A stretch of DNA of 64,000 nt from assembly GCA_965153285.1 (NCBI GenBank), contig OZ229111.1; one strand, given 5' to 3'. Below are positions 1-11,700 of the stretch, one piece after another (within the stretch, counting starts at the first letter, position 1; each line of letters opens with the position of its first letter). A model generated the notes under the pieces. That model was not told the DNA's origin. It did no database searches and saw only the letters and a list, made by a program, of their open reading frames with translations. Made by a program: the position numbers and the translations under genes. The DNA is from Podarcis tiliguerta (lineage: Eukaryota).

Positions 1-73
1 ATGGGATTCCATTCAAGCAAAAGTGTGAAGATTGCTAACCCAAATATGTGGAAGGCAAAGGATGAGAACTCAC

Positions 74-180
74 TGCACAGGGATACCTCTGGCTCGCAGC
101 ACATGGTAATATTCCAGAGCTTGGTACGGAGACACTCGCCGGTCCTTGGCACCCACATACATCAGTAATGGTGTGTGCAC
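74..180 (-). CDS. APEH-like exon 21 ([36 protein letters not shown]; catalytic Asp)
   Basis: 107 nt, AG/GT flanks, same size as APEH exon 21. Confidence 0.92.
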
Positions 181-3100
181 CTGTAGGAGAAGGAGTGTGT
201 GACTAACAAAAACAAGGCCCTGCTTCTTGCCTGGAGCCAAGTACCAAAATCTGCCTTTTCACTAAAGTAAAAAATAAAAATGCTGTGACAAGAAAATTGG
301 AACCCTGCAACTATATAGACCATGCAAATGAAGCCAGTGGAACCTAGATGCCTATTTGGCTTCTGCTATTTATAGATATAGTCAAGGGCATCCCTGTTGC
401 CATTAAGGACAATGAGAATATGCACACACACTCCAGAAATCCTATTTAGCTTTTCTTCTGGCTGCTCAAATATCAGGAAGCATTTTTCATGTACAGTCAA
501 GTCTGTCTTCAGCCATAAGGGTTCTCAGGATGCTGAATTCCATACTGCAAATGCAAATTAAGCAGCAGTTCAGTTTTGGTGCCAAACTGGGGCAATGCAC
601 AGAGCCCTACATATGGCACAAAGGGTGGGCTGGGGGACGACCCAACAAAAAATGGCACCTCCTTAGAGGGACACATACTACATCCAATGAACAGTTCTAC
701 TAACTGTCTCTTACCTTTGCAGCATGAATTATAGGGGAGCAGAGCAGCATGGCAGTCAGGTCTTCCTCAGTAGGAATCCTCTCAAAGCAGTATGGCAGAC
801 CTAGCACTGCATACCTCCTATGGAAACGATGCAGTCCGTTAGCATCATGCCCTCAATCCTCAGCTCTACCAAAGAGCCAAACAAAAAACTATTTTCAGAT
901 AGCTGTACAAGTGGCCTTGTTGAGTGGGGCAATGGGGTCAGAGAAGAAGAGAGGGTGAATGCAACCTGAATAGTGAGGATTAGGGAGATTGGCTCAAACT
1001 GACACAGGAAGGGGACATGGCAGAGAGATGGGTGAATGAAAATGGCTTGGGCAAGGCAGAAAAAAATGAAGAAGTTCCTTACCAGTCTGGGATGTCAGAG
1101 GTCCCCAGTAGAGTGGCCATGTTGATGACAGGGCTTCTGACTACACAGGCTTTGTACATCTCTGGGTATCGGGCAATCAAATGGCAGCAGACAAAGCCAC
1201 CATGAGACCCTCCCAGCAAAGCAATTCTGTCTGGGTCCAGAGGTTCCGTCCGTAATGCCAATTTCACTGCCAGCTGCCAGAGCCAAAATAAGTCGAAGTC
1301 AGGTATGTTTGCAGGGACTGGTGCAAGCCTCTTTCCAAAAAGGCTCAACCAACAGGGGTGGGATAGGCAGCCCTCAATCCTGAGCCTTTAGCCTATCATA
1401 TCTACTCTCACATGTGATTCCCCGGCCCCAGCTGACCTCATCCCCCAAAGCTCAGTGAAGATCAACTGACTGCACAAGGCAGAGGGTGTCTTCTTGAGGG
1501 ATGATGGCAGAGAAATGTCTACAGATTTCTCTGCATGGAGCTGTCCCATTAGCGCCCCTGGGCTCAAGGTCCAGGAGTTCTGCTGTTCAAAAACATATCT
1601 CACACTTGACCAAGAAGATCTATGCCATCAGTCAAGCTGGCAGGTATGGCTTTGCCATGATCTCTCACAAGCTGCTGAGATGAAAGGAAGAAGGGGGTTG
1701 AACAGAAGGAACAGTCTTCATGTGTGCAGAGCCTATAGATAATTTTAGGTGGGCTTTGCGATTACCTCTCCTTCCCACCCCATAGCATGGTGCACTGTGA
1801 GCCCATTCAATGACTCTGCCACTATGCGCTGAACTCCTTACCCCTCAGCCTTCAATAAGCTGCAGCAGCCCATGGTGTTGGGAAGCCAAGACAGCGACAG
1901 AGCCCCACCAATGCAGCCCCACCAGCTGCTAAAGGGGAAATGGGTTGCCTGCTATTATAAGCAGGGCAAACTGATACTCAGTGCCATTATCATCCTTTGT
2001 TCTTTTATCGTCAAAGCTTGGCCTTACCCTAGGGAATGGGGAAAGAAAGGAAAGGGGCTGACCTGTGTGTCCTCCACATCTTGCACTCCCACATGGGAGA
2101 TTAGAGACTCAATGCTGGCTTGCCCAAAGCCCAGGGAACCTCTGTAATTTACTGTCCAGAAAAAAGGCAAAGCAAAGTGTGAGTTGTTATGTCCTCAAGG
2201 GACATTCAGGGCTTTCCTGCTCCCCTGAGGTGTGCTTGGCACAGGGAACATGCAGCGCAGGGAACACTTATGTTTGAATATGAAGTGTTACAAACCACAT
2301 GCAAGACAATATTCTGCTTTCAATTTCCTATGGCACAATTACTGGATATTGTTGGTCCAGTTTAGACATAATGTTGCCATTACAATAAACGGATTTGTTG
2401 GAATGGAAACAAGCACTCACCTCAAGTGCTTCTCTACTCCTGGCACGTCTGGCTTGAGAGCGGATTTCCTGGTTTCCAGGTAAATCACAGTTCGCCACAA
2501 TATTTGAAGCAGGAAACTGGATTAAGTGCTGCCTAGAAACTGAACTGCAAGCCACTGCCTGGGTTGCAGAGTACATAAAATTCTGCCTCTGCATACCCTT
2601 AGCTTTAGGTCAAATGAGGCTCCATTGTCTTCTCACACACATAGAACCCCTTCAGGGCCATTTGACAGGGAATTTCTTGTTCTGTTTCCCAACTTCTGCT
2701 AGGACACACCAAGACAATCTCACCCTCTTTTGGTCACAATGCATACTAAACTTGCTGAGGTATTTCTCATGCAGAGTCATTTCTCAAGGAGTAAGAATGA
2801 ATCAGAAAACGGCTTGTTTAACTCAGCTCTGCAGACCTGGAAATAACTTCCTGGCTTGTTCATGGCATTTTTTCTCAAGGGGGGCAGGTGGGAGGGCTGA
2901 GAGGAAACTGGAAATCTGAGGACATCCTTCAAGAAGTCAAATGGCTATTCTTTTTCAGCAAGGCATCCTTCTTGCTGTACACTGTACACTGGATTGTTAG
3001 ACACACAGTAAAATGCATGTGCTGACTCTCTTGCCAAGCCCTCAGGAGCAGCAGCAAGGAGTGTATGTGGGTTTGGGAGACAGGGGTCTTCTGGCACTCA

Positions 3101-6100
3101 CCCATGAGAACAGCAAAACCCAACTGGCAGAGACTTGCCATTTTAGGACGCCAACAAGCATCAAAGACAGCATGCGGGCCACCTGGAAACAGAATGTCAG
3201 CTTTAAAAGACATCTCCCAATTTGGGGAAAGAGTTCAGAGAAGTCAAGGCACCACCAATCTGTCATATACCCCCTTCACAATCAGCAGCTGAGAAGTTTG
3301 TGTTCAGGAAATAAGAAAATAGGCAACAGGTTGGAAATGCCCTCTTTACATTTCAGAATTCAGTCTTAAGATTTCTGCTCTCATAGGGAAAAATGTAAAA
3401 TGATCACCTTAGATAGGGTCCTAACAGAACGACGAGAAGGAAGCAAAGAAGGATGGGGCCAGCTGACAGGGCAGGCAGCAGAAAAGAGCTGTGGTGACTT
3501 ACCATGTGAAGAAACAATAAGGGGAAATGTATTTTCTCCTCGTTTGTTCCCCCGAGGAGTCAGCAACAGGGCTTCAAATGCCTGGCCAGCTGCAAAGAAG
3601 ACCACACGTTAGCTATTTGCTGCTGAGTGCCATTTTTCAAACTTCACTACCCTGGGGGAGTCAACCTGCAACCCCAGGGCTTGACAGGCACCCCTCCTCC
3701 TCCACCTAGCACCTCCTTCTGCTCAGGGCCCCAAATGCAAAAGAAGGCCTTAAGACAGGCACCCCCAAACTCGGCCCTCCAGATGTTTTGGAACAACAAC
3801 TCATCCCTAGCTAGCAGGACCAGTGGTCAGGGATGATGGGAACTGTAGTCCCAAAACATCTGGAGGGCCAAGTTTGGGGGTGCCTGCCTTAAGACTTTAA
3901 CTTATGTTACGAAGGACCATCAGTGCAATGTCATTCCCAATTTTCCTCTGCAGCTCAAACATTACAGTGACACTATGGATGAAGAATCCAGGCTACCCAA
4001 TGCTGAACTCTTTCATTCCATTCATCCTATTTAACTCTGTTTGGGCTGTCCCAGCACTCAGGGCAAGGTGATGAATCTATCCCCAATTTCTACACCAAGC
4101 TCATATTACTCTTTAGTTAGATTTTTTTAAAAAAACAACACACCAAATGAATTAATGAAGAATGCACCTCACCTATGCAGGAGCCCTGACCATTCCCATA
4201 AGCCAGGCTGTCCCCCTACAAACTGTACTTATGCCAGACAGCCAAACCTAGTCCCACTTAAGACAAACTTACTGCATAGTACAGAGTAAAGCACAACCAA
4301 CAGTGCATGTGAGAGAGTGAGTCAAGTACCTGGCCTGAGGCTCCCTGTTCCTGCATCCTTACTGTACTGGTTGTTCTCAGTCACAGGAGGATGTACTGTG
4401 AGAATCTTCCATTCCATATCTGGCAGTTCAGAGGCTTCCTCCACACTCGTCCACTGCAGTTCCAGCTCACATCCTGCAGGGGGGAGCACTCCTACCTTCT
4501 GCGAAGCAGGTATAATAGTTTGTTACTTAACCTGAAGGACCAAACAGTGTGCTGCACAAGATCTCTTAGCGCTGCAAGTAGCCTATATAGCACTAGCTTT
4601 GTCCTCAAATATCTATCTTTGATGGAGTATGCATTTGTTGCAATCCACAAGGGAATTTACACAACTGTTTGTTTCACTAAGGATGTATTCAACTAGCATG
4701 CCAAACCATGGTTTGTAAGTGCAAATCATGGCTTGCTTTATGGCTGAACTTATATTATTTCAAAAGTCAGTGTTTGTGATAAGCTGCCAAACCAAGATAT
4801 CAAACCGTAGTTTGCTGTGTTATGTCAGAATTCATAAACTTCAATTATGGATGTTGCTCCACTGTACATCTGGAGTCAATTGTTTCAAGGAGAAATGAGT
4901 GCTGAGCAAAAGGAAAACTAAAGCAAACAAGCAGCTCAAAACCATGGTTTGCCTATGGTGTCTTAACTACAATTAGCACAAACCATGGATGAGCTTTTAT
5001 TCCAAGCACAAGGTTGATGGGCTCCAGGGCTTAGGCTGAGATTTCTTTCTGAAGGTATTCGCAAGATGACATTGCTTACTGTTTCGGTGTTGCTATATAC
5101 AGTGACCACATTAAAATGTAATGCTAAACCATAATTTGTATTAGCCACAATTTGTTCAACAACCCACATATCATCTCACATACGAGCAAATAATCCACAG
5201 CTTTTTAAAGCTTGGTTTGTTTTCTGGCTGTTCTCTCAATTCCTCTGTAGCCTGTTGAGCATATGGGTGAAGTGGCCAAATAAACCATAGTTAAGTAAGG
5301 CTGATGAATTTGGACATAGCACCAACCACAGATAAAACAAACCATTACTCATAAGCCAGAAATAAACCTTGGTTTCACACTGATTTGCTGCTAGCAAACA
5401 AACCATGGCTCAGTGTGAACTAGGCCAATTTGAAAATCAGGAATGGGAAATCTATGACCCTCCATATGTTGTTGGAGTACAAATCCCAGCATCCCTGATA
5501 ACTGGCCATGCTGACTGGGGCTGATGGGAGTTGGAGTCCAACAAGATCTGGAGGGCTACAGAGGCATATCTGTGGTTTGAACAAAGCTAAATAGTCACAC
5601 TAAAGAAACATTCACATTGGGATTTTTGGCTACAGCCTTGCTAAAAATTCACATACAAGCATTATGAAAAGAGCACAGCATGAAAGCTCACTCCGGCCCC
5701 TGTCAATTTTATCAGGTTCCCCTAGAAACAATGGGGAGAGGATTGGAGGGTGAAGCAACCCACACCTTGACCTGCAAGGTAAGTTTCTTACCAGGCTTGG
5801 AGGGCAATTGGGAGATGAGCAGCTCACCACCAGGAGGTCCTGCTGAATTCCTAGCAGGGTCCAGCTACCTTCTGGAGTGCCTGGGACGGGTTACAGAGAA
5901 TACTGCTTAGGAGTTATTGGGGCTGTCAGTGACTCAACAGATCAGCTATGACTTGGGAAGGAGGGGAGAAGGAGGGGTACCTGGCTTTGAGAGAAAACGT
6001 CTCCCTGCTACACTGCTCTTTAAGGGGGAGAAAGAGAATAGAGTGGGTAGGTAGGTAGGCAAATCTGAAAAACTGTAGTATAAACACCGACAACTGGTGA

Positions 6101-8703
6101 ACAGTGGCCTGTGAGTGCTCCATTTGAAGAACAGCCTTTACCAAAGGTGTCATGGGCTTTGAAGACACTTGAGCTCAGGACGAAAGGGAGAAACATGCTA
6201 AGAGGAAGGCATGTTTGGCAAACTCTCACCATGATCAACTCCTGCCCAGAAACCTATGTCCCCACTGCGGTAGGACGTGTGGATCCAGAATTAGGCTCCA
6301 CAATCACTTACAGACTCACTGTTAAAACAATGTTCATTGAAAACAATCTTACTCGGCTACAAGTGATCGCCAAAGAAGAAGAAGAAAAGGAGGACGGTGC
6401 TCTTTCCCTGGAGAAGGGGTGGGCATAATCCTCAAAAATGAAATAAAATTAAGATATTAAAATGCAAATGTTCACATAGGGAAGGCGGAAAGAGGAGAAC
6501 TGGTTTTATTGATGAGATTAGATGAAGCAGTTGCATACCCAAGTAATACTGGGGAGCAAGGAGCAGCTACTAACATCTAACAGGAACCATGTTCTGAATG
6601 GAACAAGTGATGAAAGGCCCAACTCTCCGAAAGAGTCTCCTGGGAGCTGAAGCATAAAGCAAAGAAGCCTAGTCATAGGATCACAGAATTCCTTCTCATT
6701 CTGAACAGCATAGAAGGATCTGCCAGAGCTTTTTACTGATGTATCTCAGGGGCACATTCATATCCAATCTCAGTGGGACCCCACATTGGGATCATAATCT
6801 CAATGGAAAACATCTCGGTGCCACACGATTAATGGGTTACAACTACAGATGTAACGCAATGCTGGTTGCCTCATAGGAGAACAAGCAAGCAAGCAACACT
6901 CAGGAGGCTTTTTGGCCCCAGCAAGGAAGGATGTGAAATGTAGCTGAGGCCAGTTCTATACACATATAGAAAATATGTACATAGTGAACAGAAGTAGTAG
7001 CCTAGCACCAATATTCTAGCGTCATTTGCCTCAAAAAAAAAAGACCCCCTATAAAGCAAGGGAACTAGATCTGGCACGGATTAGTAGTGGCTGCCTCTTG
7101 TGGAGAATGTAAGCCAGCATACAGGAAGTGGAAGAGCTTGGCTGTAGCCTTCTAGCCCCTTCCTTTTCCCTGAGATCTCGGAAATGGGCAGAAACACAGG
7201 ATATGGAAGACTTCTCAATTAATGTGCCTGGTCTTTGGGACAGATCTCAGCAAACACAATACGGCCCCTGGACTTTGCAAGCTAAGATTTGATTGTACCT
7301 TCTGTAACAGCCTTCACACTCCCCAGCTCAGTATCCACAACCAGCAGCTCCTGCAAGAGATAATAAAGGAAGGAAAGTGAGGGCTGGGAAAGCGACTGCT
7401 CTGTTACAAGAGCCCATGGAAACTTAATAATGGAAAAAAAGCTTTTTCTCACTTTCCTCCCCCCACTCATACATAATCTCAGAGAATATTTCCTGCTTGG
7501 CAGTGGGTTGGACTCGATGACCCTTGTGGTCTCTTCCAACTCTATGATTCTATGATTCTATTTTTGGAACACTGGCCACCTACCACGAAGGCTCCTGTCA
7601 GTGGGTGTGCAAGAACCCTTCAAATAACTATGTGTTAACCCAGTCACCAAAGGCAGGGATACGTGATCAAACTTTGCACTAACTAGCAAGGTCCTAAAGC
7701 CAGTTCTGTATCCCCAGTTCTGTATCCCGATGGAGAGTCAAAGCACAGAGAACAAGAAAGGCAGAGAACATCCTTCTGAGGCAGGAACGACACAGATTGG
7801 AACCACAGTATGTCCAAAGTCTATTGTGTAATCCTGGGGGGAAATGTGCTGTAGCCACTTAAAGAAATGTAACACTCCAAATAGTGTTAATTCCAACTTC
7901 CATCAGCCCCAGCTAGTATGGCTTGGTTCTCGAACTCAATCCATTCCAGAAGTCCATTCGACTCCTGAAACCATTTGAGAACCAAGGCACAGCTTCCGAT
8001 TGGCTGCAGGAGCTTCCTGCACTCAAGTGGAATTAGTGTCGGATGTTCAGCTTCTGAAAAACATTCAAAAACCGGAATACTTACTTCCGGGTTTTCGGTG
8101 TCCGGGAGCCGATTTGCTCGTCAACTAAGCCGTTTGAGAACCAAGCTATGACTGTATTCAGGGATGATGTGAGTCCAGCAGCATCTGGAGGACACAACTT
8201 TTGCTGCCTCTGAAGTAATCCAAGACTAGAGAAAGACTAGGGGCTCAGTTCCTAGGTAAGGCAGGGAAGGAACTGGGGAGGACGCTCAGGAACTGGCAAA
8301 TTAGTTCCAAGTTTGATCCCATGCTCCTGTCTGTCTAAGGCAGTGAGGGAAGTAAAGCCACTGCTGCCTTGAGGCCTCCTGTATGCCAGCCAGCTTCTCA
8401 ATCACAGTTTCTTCATCTCTGATTTCCAACAGATACCTTTTACACCCTTATGAGCCTTTTCAGGTTCAGTACCCATGGTTCACGTTCCCCAGCTGTAATT
8501 AAAGCTTGGCTCTTACATTTCTGAAATGTGTATCTGAGTGGCAAAAGTGCTTTATTAGGACATGGAGAAGCCAAGATCAAATCCCTGTTTAAATACAAAG
8601 CTCACTGAGCAGGTCACGACAATATTGAAACCCAACCAGCATCATAGGGATTGTTGTGAGTCTTAAAGCTCTGTTCTGAGGTTATTGGTGGAAGACAAAT
8701 ATA

Positions 8704-8736
<33 letters not shown>

Positions 8737-11700
8737 TTTCTCTGAAGCCAATTGTTTTGCATTCACACTACATAAACCTGAACATCTTCCTATACATCCT
8801 GCAAATTCTCAGGACTGGTGGAAAGCATTTGCATACATTCACACCCCGAAGTCTTCCGTTCTGGTCTCAGCATACCTTTCTACTCCTTTGAGGAGTGCTA
8901 AGCAGGACTCTATGGTTGTCAGCAGCCCAACAAAGCAGAGGCAGTGCCCCTGAGTAAATCCCAAAAAACCCTGAAAAGGGAGAAAATGGTTAAAGTAAAA
9001 CATGGCTGAAGTCTGGAGCTTTGGAGAAATGTTGGAGAACAGCATCAAACAGATATTATAAAAAGACAGTGCGTGGAATACGGTGTATATGGAGGCATAT
9101 GGCTGACTGCAGGACTCTCCATTTTTGGGTAACAAAAGCAAGCCTTAGCATTCTTTTTGTATGTGGTAGCAGGAGCTGGGTAGTAGGACATGTATGAACT
9201 AAAGAGGCAAGGCGATAAAAAAGCAACTCTAATTTTGCATGCTCTGTCTCTGAAATTGAGACTTACCAGATGTGGCAGTCCTGACTACGTCCACCACTGT
9301 AGATGTGAGCTTAGTTTGCCAATTGAGCTAAGCAGGAGGGGGAAAAATCAGGTAATGAATACAAAGCAGCAAACTTCACACTCCTCCTCCACTGCATCCC
9401 ACAGACCAGTTGCTCTGCATCTTTTCAGTAGTCGATTCCAAGCTAATTTCCCTTCCAGCATCTTTCAATAAATGCTAAATTCTACAATGTTTTAATTCTG
9501 CAATCAGAATTAGTTGCATTTAAGAACTATATCATTTTAACTTTTTATAATAAGGCCATGTTGAACTCAGCTTTTCTACTCTCTAAATGCTTGTTGTTGT
9601 TGTTGCATACTCATTTCAAATTCCACAGTTCCTTTGCTATTATGACTTGCCTGCACCCACAGTCCCTTCTCTTCCAAGCAACTACCTACCAGAAGTGCCA
9701 CACTTACCATCTGTAGCTTCAGACACTGGCGATGAGGCCCAAATACAGGGCACTCAAGGTATAGCAGGCGAGTTCCGTCAGGGCTGAGCCGGGGAGAGGA
9801 AACAGCCTCGGAATCTGAGGACAGCAACTCTGCAACCACAGATACAATGCAGTATCAGGGCATACAGACCCATCAAAGAGGAGTTGCATATGCAAAGAAT
9901 ACTTTAATCTCATAAAAGCAATTGGCCAAAAGTCTCCAGCTGATGAAATTGGAAAAACATTAACAGTGGATGATCTGAATTCCTTTTCTGAAAAGTCCCT
10001 GTAAATTTACCTCTGAGGTTTCTTCTGACAACGCTTCTTTACTCACATTTTGAAAAAAATAAAACATATAAGAAAGGAGCAATAGTGACTGAAGAAACTA
10101 TAGACATCTTTGGAAAGCAAAGTAAGTTTGAAGCTAGTAACCTGTAAAGGCAGTGTCAGATTTATGTATAAGCTAAACAAGCTATAGCTTAGGGCCCCAC
10201 TCTCTTGGGGCCCCCAAAAAAAAATTAAAGAAAAAAATTCTGGATGTACATTTCCAAAATATAAGAAAAAACCCCAAATAAAATAAAACCTACATACAGC
10301 AACAGCGTTTTGCGTTGTGTATGGACCTATTAGGTCCATAAATTACCATATAGCATATATTCAACATAAAAAACAGCGACAATCTGTTGTTGACAAAGGA
10401 CAGCTGGACATATAAAGGGCACCATTACCTTCAGTAGCTTAGGGCCTCATCAAACCTAAATCCGGCCATGCAAACCACATGTCTGATTGCTGAAACATTA
10501 GAAGGCCATATTTTTAAGCTCCTTTACAAAAGGCAAACTAAGCTGCAAAACAGATTCTGCTGGGCTGCAGAATTCCATGGAAGACTAGGCTCTTCTGGCT
10601 TGCACATACACACAGATTGTAAATTTGGCAGTCACTGTTGTTCTTTCTTTGCAGTACTAAGGCAGGAAAAGTTGTTTCTGCTGAAATGCGTCCATTTGCG
10701 AAGTTACAACAAAGAATCCTTGCCATATTTGAATGTGATAGCCCTGACCAACTGTGCAAACATTTGTCACTGTCAGGAAATCCACCCAGGGCTCCAAGTG
10801 ACTGAGAAGCTACAGGTACACCCCACCACCACCATTGTTGGAGGAATATGGGAAGGAAAGGCGCTACATGGAGGGACAAGAGATAAGCTGCCTCCAAGAT
10901 GACTTACCACAGCTACTTTCAGACAGATCGAAGAGAAAAAGGGCTGACCTATGGCAGGGAGAGGGGAATGAGTGAGACGTCTCCAACAGGGATCAGGTTT
11001 TTCACCCACCCACCCCATGATTTATTAAATGTTAGTCACTATAGGATTAAATTTTCACACTCTGCACTTAAAATATAGTGAAGCTGAGGATCTAGAGGTT
11101 TTCCCTTCCACCTTCCACTGATTTAGGAAAACCTTCAAGGTTATTTATATTTGTGTGTGTGTGTGTGTGGAACAGGCTACTTTAGAGAAGCAGAATGCAT
11201 TTCCTTGGAGGTTTTCACCAAGGAAAATATGGGCTGGCACCCATCAGGAATCATTTAGATATAGTCTATACTATTTTAGGAAGGACAGGGGTGGAGCTGG
11301 ACTAACAAATAACCCATTTGGCTCCTTCCAAACCCAAGAATATCACTTCTGCCGATTCTACATTTTAGAAATGATCACCGAGATCACTGACTAAGATCTC
11401 ATTATTGTTCAGGACATGTATCCCCCCCCCCCTTTTGTTTTATTTTTCTCCTCTAAACTGAACAAAATGTTGCCCTCATAATTTTCCCTGAGGCAGTGGC
11501 TGGTCCTGGCACAGCCAACTGGAGAGCTGAATCCATGGTTTCACACTTAAGAGTGACTGAGACCTTGCCTACCTTCTGTTGGAGCAAGCATTCAAACCCA
11601 GTCTGAAGGGCTCGTGCCACCAGCCAATAAACAGTATACCTTTGTCGTCTGGGGACCACAGGGCCTGGCCAGGGAAGCAAAATCAAAATATTAGCCATTC

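Noticed and set aside
4690-5426. CRISPR-like reading of the palindrome array
   Set aside because: Eukaryotic intron; repeats are only 12 bp and degenerate, spacing is irregular, and there are no cas genes.
6111-6428. 105-aa ORF with a homolog at 21846-22043 as a novel small nested gene family
   Set aside because: It is an alternative frame of an RTE LINE 3' end; the element frame contains stops and ends in a simple-repeat tail.
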